In this document: piece after piece, positions 53,879-64,000 of the stretch
How positions within the stretch are numbered: the stretch's first letter is position 1
Layout: each line of letters starts with the position of its first letter
Assembly (NCBI GenBank): GCA_030141605.1
Contig: JAQGDQ010000817.1
Span: 1 to 64,000 of the forward strand
Source: Tubiluchus corallicola
Taxonomy: Eukaryota; Animalia; Priapulida
Direction of reading: 5' to 3'
Length of the DNA stretch: 64,000 bases
The notes under the pieces: generated by a model
What the model was told of the DNA's origin: nothing
Seen by the model: the letters and a program-made list of their open reading frames with translations, nothing else
The model's database searches: none
Position numbers and translations under genes: made by a program

Positions 53879-56800
53879 GTTAACAAACTTACTGTCGCTT
53901 ATTTAAAAGGTGAAGCGCGTGACATAAAATATTTTTCTGCAGAGTTCCTGTTGAAGAGACAAAAGTAAGGAAACCGAACGTCTGACACGTTGATCTTTTG
54001 TTAAAGGCGTATTTCAGCCTGAATTCAGTAAACCATTCCTTGATATGCCAACAAAAGTAGTGAGGAAACCGATAGTTTGTAAATATGAGGCTTATTGTAT
54101 TACGTTTACTTGTGTTTGACTGAACATCGAGTGTGTTCGTGAGTGAGTTGACATTTTGCGAAACTCAGCGTATAATGTTGCTCATAGTAAGTTTTTTAAA
54201 TATTACGAATTAGGCACGTTAACGTCTTATATTGTGCACATAATATTGTACCACACTTTAAAGAATTAATGAGGAAGAGCTGCTATAGCTTAAGAAATCG
54301 CATACTTACAAGTAGTAATGGTATTCTAATTTGTTTGGCTGTATAAACTCACATGTTTTATTTGAGTTTCTATTTTTTTTTAAACTGGCGAAACATATTA
54401 TGTGATGATTTTAAGTTGTAAATTTTTAGGCAACGTATTTTAATATGTAATTTTTAATCTGTTTTATAATTTTTATGTGTGTTGTAAATATATGTAATAT
54501 AGTACTATGTGTGCTGAATTAAAATAAAATAATAAAAATAATAATAATAATAATTTATTCTTAAAAACGCAATAAAATTCAAGGAGATAGAAAATCACAC
54601 AGCCATTCGCAATAATTATGCAGTTACAATTTAAAAGAAATAGCTATGTATGACACTGAAAAAACATTTGCGGTTACAGTTTACAGTGAAAATAGTTAAA
54701 ACAGTTGTAATTTAAAATTTATAGGTTAAAACTTGCATACCAATGAGTAGAAAGTCATTGTTACAAATAAAAATACAGCGTTTAAATTAATGTACTAAAA
54801 TATTTGCTATCCAAATCAATAAAGCAGAGATAATCTATAGCAATTCAGTAAAATGTTTAAGAAACAAGTGCGTTTTGACAGCTTTTTTGAAGGTTCTGAC
54901 AAGATTTAAAGAACGAATTTCCCTCGCCTTTCAGTAGAGCTTCCGGAGTTTTCGAGCTTCCATAGAAAATGCGCGAAGGTCTACTGTCTGTTCGAAATCT
55001 TGGTTGGAAAACTGAGGTGTCATCTACCGAGCGAATTAATTATTAAAATTGGTAGGAAAAAGAAAATTCCACGTGTCTATTAAAATCATTAAAACGGTTA
55101 GTGAACCAATATATTGCTGTATTAGGTCAAATAGGATGATGTTCATAACTTAGCAAAGGACACCAGAAAGAAAAACTCGCATATTTTTATTGTGGATCAA
55201 AGTTATTTATATTAAAATGTAATGCGTTTGTTTTGGTATAGGTTTGTTAGTCGTTCTTCGAGTTTCTCTCTACAAACAACTCTGCACGTTCTTTATATTT
55301 GTTACAAGCAATATGTGAATAAAACCAATAGTGAAATAAATCTCTAAAATGAAATGCATTAAGCTGAAATGAAACTTCACACCTAGATCGCTCATATCTG
55401 GTATCTTCAACAGTAACGTAAAAGTGCATTTCATTATCTCTATCCTTACTTATGTTTGACAAAAAGTATGCGTGTAACCTACCGCCATGTACCAAAATAA
55501 CTGATTAAAATAGCGTACCCAAAAAAGGACTAATAAGCCTATGTTTTATATTTTCGGGTGTTGTAAGTGGTCTGATAAGCTTTATTTTTGCGTGTTTTAT
55601 TAGTTTTATATTTGTGGTTTACCAATATCATCGTATCTGTTGTATTTTTAGCATGAATCGATAACCTTGATTACTTTTAAATTAGCGGATATTGTTGATT
55701 TAACAGCGCTTATAATCAATATTCTTCAAAATTTCTTCAAATTATTGATCGTTTGTGTGACGATGTAGTCTAAGTTCCGTTATTGTAAATAGGTGGTTCG
55801 TGACTTAAGTGTAGCCCTTAGGTAAAGAATAAAACACTTAGTCGAAAACACTGAGAAGGAACCACTGAATTAATAAAATAATATAACAATTTAATGAATA
55901 TTTCAAAACACATTACAAGACAAATGTTAATAGTAAAGATTAAGCCGGCTAAGAAGAGAAAGAACAACGTAATGTTTTTCACCAGTCCAGTCTTGGCATC
56001 ATCAAGCGACTATTCTCCTGCTCCCATTCCGCGGCATCTCCTCACCAGGGGCTTGATCGAGGAATGGTGCACCATAGAACGGTTGACTACACTACCTCTT
56101 CATGGATCTGATTACGTGGACGACGTCTCCGAACTTTGACGACTCCTGGTGACGTCCTCGCCTTCACTTAAATGACGCCAAAATAGAATAGCCTTCAAGC
56201 TCCTGCACTCGTCACAAGGTAAGGATTACCAATTTCGTAATCAGAGCATGGAAGCACCAAGGACAGTATCATCAACGTCAGGTAAATACGGGTAAGTATC
56301 ATCAGCAGCATATATCATCGACAGCTGGTAAGTACAATCCTTAATACGTTATGTATCATCAGTGTCAGGAAAATGTAATCAGCAACAGGTAAGTATCATC
56401 GCTGGAATGCAACTATCGTCTCTGTCGTAACTATGTAGACAGATCGCTTTTCTACAAGCAAGCACCGTTACTACTAAACCATCATTTTATGACATGAGAA
56501 CGTCCGCCTAACTCGACAACTTAAAGCGGAATACCTGGGCGAACTGAACAGCCAAAATTTCGTCTACGTGGCTTCAATCGCATGATATAGTAGTAATGCA
56601 TAAACAGTATCATTGAATGTACAGGTGAAATCTGATTTCAGAACAGGTTGGCTTCTGTCATTATACCGTTAAACATCTTAACTAAACTTCTTTTATAAAA
56701 AATTGACAATAATTAATGGTAGAGTTATAACAGTAGGAACTAACTCACATAACCTGGCCTAAAATAAGCCTGAGCGTCACAGTTTGGTTTTCATTACATG

Positions 56801-59800
56801 AATAATTTTGTATTTTTATTTAACCAATATTTACTTGTAAACGGGTTTATCGAGAGTCAATTATGTTTTGGAAAAAATAATTCAATTTGAAGATAAAATA
56901 ATTGTTTTTTGGGTTAAGCAAACTATACATAGGTATTATGATGTTCATGATCTTTACTTCTGTAAAGCTCGAGAAATCGCACTTACTTAACTGCAGTGCT
57001 TTTCCAGAAACTATTACTACTTATACAACTGAAAAAATAATTTCAATTGTGTTAGACTTTGCTTTTGGAGAGGGTAATTTGAAACTGGAGGGGGATACTT
57101 CTAATCTAGTTTTAAGATGCCCCTTTAAATCTAGTTTATATATGCCTGCTGTAACTTAAGACTGGGTCTGAATTTCCGGGGGAGGTATAACGAATGAGAA
57201 TGTATTCAAACCGCGCTCTGCATGATTAAATAATCAGCTTTCATAACTACAAAGATGCTTTATATGCTAGGTCTATCACAGCGGGAACCTCTTCGTGGCT
57301 TTCCCATTATTAACAACAGTGCAAATACCATGTATATACATAGACCACGCTTTGCCTCATCTATTTCACGTTGTTTTTACTCTGCCAAGGGCAGTAGGAA
57401 ACTTTCACGTTGAAGTTGTGACGAAAGACATGAGAGACGATTGCGGAATGGCAGCTGTCAATGTATACCTGTTCGTTTAAAGAAACAACAGGATAACTAA
57501 ATATTGAACTTACAGAAAACCAGGTAATTTGCCCTTGATTTCTACATTAAAATTGGAAAAATATAAATTGCCGATAATATGTGTTCTTTTATTTTGAGTT
57601 TTCTTTTATTGTGCGGTATATGAATGCGTCCTTCAAAAATTTTAAGGTATGAAGCGAAGTAAATGAGCTTAAAGTTTTTGGAATACATGGGAGTCTTCTA
57701 GGTTATGTAAGTACTCAACAAATTATAAATTAGTGCATGAGAATACCATATGATACCATATGTTTTATTATTTTTGCAAGAACGCTGTGTTATATTTACG
57801 TTAAATTTTTCTTAGCCATTTAAGTTTATACATATAGCTTTAATTTAAGCTGTTTTCTTGTTTGCTTTTTGTTTTGCTTTGCTTTGAGCTGATTTATGAT
57901 TTTTGTTTGCCTTTTGTTTTACCGTTGGATCGTTAGATCTAAGATATTTACGCTTTGATAGTTTTTTGCTTTTCCAATAGCGCCTATTAAAAAATTCTGT
58001 TCTTAAAAAAGGAGTAGCTGAGTTAGTGACCAATTGGTCTTTCGCTGCTCCTACTCACATATTATTGAAATTTTCTACTTCTATAATATTATCATGCGAA
58101 ACGAATGTTGAGGAAATAAAATTGATTGAATTGAATTGGATTGTTCTGCAGCTAATGGTAATATAATCAGGATATTGTTTAGTTCTCGTGTGAATTATTT
58201 CAGTAACAAATTTGGATTCGTGTTTTTTGTAACACAAAAGTATTTGTCATTTGCCAGAAACACTAGGTTATATACTCTGTATTCCATTAATTGCTAGTGA
58301 TGGAAATAAAATTTTTGCAACTTACCACTGTGATCTTGATCAATTTATCTATTGAAGCTAGATTTTAATAACAAGAATAATGATGAACATAGAAGACAAT
58401 GATAACATAATAAGTGAAAAACAGCTGTAAAAACAGCACAGCATCAGTGAAATTTCGATCACAACTCACTAATGTAGTGATACGGGTGAACACATAACTC
58501 GGATCCCAACATGAGTAACATAACCATGATGTGGATATAAATAATAACAATGCGGTTTATTAATAAAATATAATAAACGTAGCATATATACAAGCGCGAC
58601 AACAAGGATGATGAGTTCTGCAGCCACCACCGGATTGGGTGTGTGACTAACTCTTAAATACTTGCGTGACGTCATACTAACGTCACGTGTTTTGGGAAGG
58701 TGTTCTCACTACACTGATTTAATTTTCAGTTTTCTTTGCAGCCAACTCCGTTCATCTAGTAGCAAACTCTTACTCAATAATTGAGATTTTTTAAATATAC
58801 ATTCAAAGTGTTTTCTTCTGCTACCACGCTTATTCTAGAGCAGAGGCACAAAATTATTGTATGTCTATAGGCGTACACATAGAAAAGAGCGTGGTAGATA
58901 ACTTGGAAATTTAAAATCGCTGCAGCATATAATCTCATTATGATGATGATGAAGCCAAGTTTGATGCCAATAAATATCTTTTGAAGCGTAGACTTTGTCA
59001 CTAAATTGCTATTTAAATCGTGTTATAATTTCTATTAATTTTAATAATTCTGTAAAAACAGTGAGGGGCTTTTAAAACACTAGAAGGGTGTTGTCTTCTT
59101 ATAATGTGCATGATACAACAATAATAATGACGCATAATAACGTTCCAGATTTCAGCGCGGGGTATCCAGAAATTATGTATATTGGCTTCAATACAGTTCC
59201 CGCCTCTAACTAGGTCAGTTCCTAGAGAAATATGGTTTAGTTTTTTGTTTGTCAGGTGAACTCTTTCTGAACAAAATAAAAAAATTTGGAATGCAAATTC
59301 CATGTCTAAAGATGATTTTCTGGCTTTGCATCGGAATCTAAAATCTTACAACAATGGTTTCAAATCCAGGGATTGAACCAGCGACCTTCAAATGTAGGAC
59401 GTAAAAGTATAAAAGCACATGGTGGTAAATTAATTGAAAATGCAAGACACAGCGTTTCTTAAATAGGGCCTAACGCCAAAGATATTCAAAATCCAGTACC
59501 CAATGGATTCTGCTTTTTGATGATAGGAGTAGAAAAACATCAAAGAATCAATTATAACCTCTGCTTCTTTTAACCTCGTCATCATGTATAGGAATTACTA
59601 GAAGTACAATACAGTAATAATGTAAACATTTTCTTTTACTTTAGCCGGTCTAATTTTGGCACGTGCTTTGAGAAATATTTTAAAATGAATGTGAAACTCA
59701 TGTTTGTTTATGTAGTGTGAATAAAAGCTATAATAATAAGGAAGAGGCGTTGAAGATGGTGGTCTGTCTTCTTAATAGTAAGGGGAAAGTGATGATGTTA

Positions 59801-61845
59801 CTTCTACCGTTTAATTTTTGCTTTCGATTCGCGCAAAACTGGGCATGCGACAATGTGACACGGTTTTATGACGTGAGTATGAATGAGGTCTTAATTACTC
59901 ACAACAGATTTATGTATCCTATGTAGCCACCATTTTAAATCATTAACTTATTTGTCGGTAAACGATTGACTTTTATTCTGAGTATCCCAGCTGAAGATTG
60001 CAGAGTTATAATAATAACAATGAAAAACGTATTGCCACACAATATTGCATAAATGACTTGATGGCAAACTCTTCAACAGTTTTCAAAGTGGTGGCGTAAG
60101 TCTTGAGCGCTTACATGCATATTTGCAGAAAAGTCTCATTAAACTCACTGGTTACAAAAAGCGGAAGTAAACTTTCGGTTGACCTGAGGGTTCTTTCGGC
60201 AAATTCTAGGCTAAATCTCCGACTTTTCTCTTGGCATCGACACTTCAAACGAGTTCATGTATTGAATTCCTACGTGACTTCTGAAAGGAACACAACTGCT
60301 TATTCCATTTTTAAATTTTGAATTTTTATAGATCAATATCAATTTTAGACAACGAGACCTTGGGGAATTAAATAACTGCCGATGAAACCAACATCAAGTT
60401 TTCAATAAACTCGTATCTCGTCTAACACGGCTGATAAGTAAGGTAGGTATTTGCTTCACACTCGAACTAAATGTTTTTAACTTCTCCATGAAAAATAGAG
60501 CTAGGCACAATCACCGGAAACGTAGATTTAGCAGTGCTGTAATTTATAGTTTATCTAATTAGTGGTTCTGGTTCATAGCTGTTTTCTAGGCAGCATGGAG
60601 TTTGAGTGATTCACGAATAAATAACGAAATAAACGTCACCACTCAGTGCTTGAGGAGTAGCTGCTTTAAACACAGCATTCCTATATTGTACCAAAATGTA
60701 AGTAAGACACGGAAAATCATCATTGGAGCATTCATTACCAGGTGTACTGTAGTGCTGTTTGCACTACAGAACTAAACTAGCATATGATTCAAAAATATAT
60801 CTGATTGTACTGTTACACGCAGAGAATTGAGTTGTGTGCTACTCTATATTATTGAATGACTCCGACTTATTAATAGTAGTTGCTTCCTTCTTAGTACATT
60901 TTGACGATAATTCAAGTCTAAGTTATTTAATTTACTCGCAGATCACGTTGCTTAAAGACGAACCACATTAACCAGGTCACGCTACCACAATGTATAACAA
61001 GCGTTATAAATATATTGTGAAATCAAACTAAAACCTGTTGCACCTGTCATTACTAAGTGTATCAGAATTGGCTGTTATTATCAAAAAAGGCTAGAAACTA
61101 ATTTTTTACTAAACAGAATAAACCAGAATGAACTGAATTTGTGATTTTTATTCAAGGCGAGAGAGATGTTAAACTGAAGTGTTATAAAGGTGTATGAAGT
61201 GAGTTCTGCGGTTAACGACATTTCGCGGAATGAACTATGAAGTATACTGTATGTAGAAATCAGAGACCATATGTAGTCCGTGTTTCGTGTTTATCTAGTC
61301 GCTGTGTAGGTCTACACAAAAGAAAACGTGAAACATTCAGATATCAATGTGTTTTGATTTAAATGATTTACTGGGCAAATGATTACTGCTTGCATTAGTA
61401 AGTGCAGTATGTGCATATATAATTACTTCATTATGAAATGGAACTACTGTCATTAAGTCAACAAGTTGACTTTATTATTAATAAGATTAGTATTAACAAT
61501 AATGAAATCAAAATTTCCTTTAATAGATCAACGAAATTATACGAAATGAAGTGCGACATGACATAAACTGCTCAAACGAGAATAAATTTTAACTTTCACA
61601 CGATTACTGTGTTTAGTTAAATGTAAATTTAAGACATCATTAACTATTAAAAGTTAATATGCGCAATACAGTAAGGAAACATGGATTAAAAATTCACATT
61701 TAAATCTTTACAGGGTCGTAAACAGCACCTTTCTCGTAGCTGTAGCCAGCATAAATACATTGTATAATTTCTTATAAAAGTTTTTAGTTTCAGAGTTGTG
61801 CCTTATGCGAAGCTGTAAATGTTTTGATGAGTTTATTAAAAAACA

Positions 61846-63561
61846 ATGTTACTCTGTCAACAATGGTTGATATTTCTTGCGGTTTACACAGTCATGTTAA
61901 CCTATGCCAAAAATTCTGAAGAAAAACATGTAAAAAGTGAACAGACTGCAAAGGTCATGTTGCCAATTCTTGCAAGGAACAAAGCACATACTTTGCCCTA
62001 TTATTTGGGCTATATCGATGAACTGGATTATCCCAAGAACAAAATCGCCCTGTGGATAAGAACTGATCATAATATAGACAACACTTCAGCAATATTACGC
62101 GAGTGGATAAGTAAAATTGAAAGCATGTATCACTCCGTTGATTTCTATTCTGTCAAAGATCCAGAGTCATTCTCAGATGAAGAATCTCCATTCTCTTGGT
62201 CGGAATCAAGATTCACTCACATTATTAATCTTCGAGAGGAAGCTTTAACAGTAGCGCGAGGTATAGGTGCAGATTATATATTTTTCATTGACTGTGATAA
62301 CTTTATCGAAAACAGCAAAACGCTAAAGATACTTATCAATGCCAATAAGACAATTGTTGCTCCAATGTTGGAATCACGATCTTCTTACTCAAATTTTTGG
62401 GCTGCACAAACTTCAATAGGATATTACAAACGAAATGCAGAATATATGAAAATACGTAAAAAAGTTAAAAGTGACTGTTTTCCAGTTGCAGTGGTCCACT
62501 CGACTTTTCTCGTTGACCTTAAAAATACTTCATCGGTGCGTTTAACGTTCGATAGTGAAAAACTTGGAAACAATTATCATCGAGCACGCGATGATGTTCT
62601 CATTTTTGCCCACTCTGCACATGTTGCTGGGGTTCAGCAGTTTGTCTGCAATTGCCAAGATTTTGGCCTTCTTACAATTCCGCAAGCTGATATTCAGGCT
62701 GACATCCTGGAAATTAATAACCTGAAAATAGGTGCAATGGACAAATTTATTGACGAAGAATTATGTTGGAAAATGAATAAGAAACGGTACGATAAAAAAA
62801 TTTTCGTATCACGATACATCTCATCTTCAACGAGAGAGAAAGACTCTTTAGGATTTGACAAAGTTTTTGTGATTAACCTGCAACGACGACCAGAAAGAAA
62901 GCAACGCATGGAGGCGATGTTTAATGCACTTGATGTAGATGCTGAATTTATTGACGCTGTCGATGGGCTTAAGCTAAACAAAAGCTGGCTAGCAGATAAT
63001 GGAATCAGAGTACTAGAAGGATATAGAGATCCATTTCTTAACCATTCAATAAAGTTAGGTGAAGTAGCAACAACGATGTCACATCACAAAACTTGGAAAG
63101 AGATTATAGACAAAGGCTACAGAAAAGCACTGATATTTGAAGATGATGTATTATTTGTCACCAACTACAGACAGAAGTTACGTGAAGTCATGGACGAAGC
63201 AGAAAATCTTGATTGGGAGTTTATCTACTTTGGTGGTGTATTTGTTCACAAGCCACCTAAAAACGTTAAAGATTCAAAGTTCTTTGTGATTCCCGGTTAT
63301 ACGTATTTATCTCATTCCTATGCCATCAGCCTTTGTGGGGCCAAAAAATTGGTGCAAGGTAACCCACTGGAAAGAATTGTACCAGTTGATGAATATTTAC
63401 CAATCATGTACGACAAACATCCTAATATTGAATGGAGTTCCAAATTTTCTCCACGAAGTCTGCGTGCATTTGCTACAAAGAAGTGGCTAGTTTATCCTAG
63501 TTTGATGTTAGACCATTACGTCAGTGACAACTATGGTTCTCCACCGATGAACGAAGCATAG
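61846..63561 (+). CDS. COLGALT1: Procollagen galactosyltransferase-like (COLGALT, GT25 family), intronless CDS
   Basis: Signal peptide followed by ILARNKAHTLPYYLG, LDYPK, TDHNIDNT, IDCD, YSNFW, CFPVAVVHSTFLVDL, DDVLIFA, GFDKVFVINLQRRPER, AVDG, GEV...SH, IFEDD, WEFIYFG, PVDEYLPIM and YVSD. Confidence 0.95.
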   Translation: MLLCQQWLIFLAVYTVMLTYAKNSEEKHVKSEQTAKVMLPILARNKAHTLPYYLGYIDELDYPKNKIALWIRTDHNIDNTSAILREWISKIESMYHSVDFYSVKDPESFSDEESPFSWSESRFTHIINLREEALTVARGIGADYIFFIDCDNFIENSKTLKILINANKTIVAPMLESRSSYSNFWAAQTSIGYYKRNAEYMKIRKKVKSDCFPVAVVHSTFLVDLKNTSSVRLTFDSEKLGNNYHRARDDVLIFAHSAHVAGVQQFVCNCQDFGLLTIPQADIQADILEINNLKIGAMDKFIDEELCWKMNKKRYDKKIFVSRYISSSTREKDSLGFDKVFVINLQRRPERKQRMEAMFNALDVDAEFIDAVDGLKLNKSWLADNGIRVLEGYRDPFLNHSIKLGEVATTMSHHKTWKEIIDKGYRKALIFEDDVLFVTNYRQKLREVMDEAENLDWEFIYFGGVFVHKPPKNVKDSKFFVIPGYTYLSHSYAISLCGAKKLVQGNPLERIVPVDEYLPIMYDKHPNIEWSSKFSPRSLRAFATKKWLVYPSLMLDHYVSDNYGSPPMNEA

Positions 63562-63691
63562 TTAGAAAATACTGGCGGAGGTTTTTATTATCTTATCCCA
63601 TATTGTAGCCAACAACATTAAACAACAAACAAAGAAACAAACAAACGCCCAGACAAACAAACGGCGTTGAAAATGTAACCTCCTTAGCAGA

Positions 63692-63815
63692 GGAAAAAAT
63701 AATTAAGATAATTATCCTTAATACTAACCCTAACCCTAACTTACACTTTATTAAGTGTGCCATTTTGCCTACTTTTCCATCCGTGCCTTTTTACCGTGTC
63801 ATTTTTACCGTGCAT
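63692..63815. repeat. End of a MITE-like element with a (CCCTAA)n tract; inverted match to 16761-16818
   Basis: gtgccattttgcctacttttccat..tttttaccgtgcat is the diverged reverse complement of atgcacggtagaaatg..atggaaaagtaggaaaaatggcac at 16761. ctaaccctaaccctaac lies at 63724. Confidence 0.6.
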
Positions 63816-64000
63816 GCCACTTTAAAAGACATTGCGGCAACATATATTGTATCTGTTTATGTAAAAATTTTGAAAGATTTATTAAGGGTAAATTCATAGT
63901 CAGCTATAATAATGGTATTCGAAAGTTGTTCAATTTGAGATGCGATTGCAGTGCTTCCCAGATGTGTAAGCCTATGTAGGTTTGTCCCTACCACACTTTT

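Noticed and set aside
55247-59303. Short ORFs at 55247, 58469 and 59013 as exons of a further gene
   Set aside because: No recognisable domain motifs, and I could not chain them with consistent splice phases.
59355-59395. tRNA-like B-box (GGTTCAATCCC on the minus strand)
   Set aside because: No cloverleaf or A-box can be recovered; at most a SINE relic.

Overview
This is AT-rich invertebrate-type metazoan genomic DNA with spliceosomal introns; it is not prokaryotic and has no CRISPR array. I built four host genes by hand. (1) An intronless orphan class-A GPCR with a 6x16-aa repeat tail (13809-15002 +). (2) A ~14-exon TTLL4-like ATP-grasp (tubulin glutamylase family) gene (20891-34410 -), whose long cytosolic N-terminus appears replaced by a signal-peptide exon and whose glutamate-binding motifs are altered. 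(3) A ~9-exon CHST15/GalNAc4S-6ST-like sulfotransferase (39009-53878 -). (4) An intronless COLGALT/GT25 galactosyltransferase lacking the ER-retention tail (61846-63561 +). Mobile DNA: the 5' part of a Ty3/Gypsy element (LTR, tRNA-Leu PBS, gag, -1 frameshift pseudoknot, pol; 1-5120 -), a full-length BEL/Pao element with identical TG..TA LTRs in a CHST15 intron, a 1.3-kb solo LTR, a hAT relic abutting a second Gypsy LTR copy, LINE relics, MITEs, and mini/microsatellites. The most interesting signal is a putative secretory-pathway TTLL-family amino-acid ligase lying next to other lumenal modifying enzymes. All gene models are manual and untested against RNA data.
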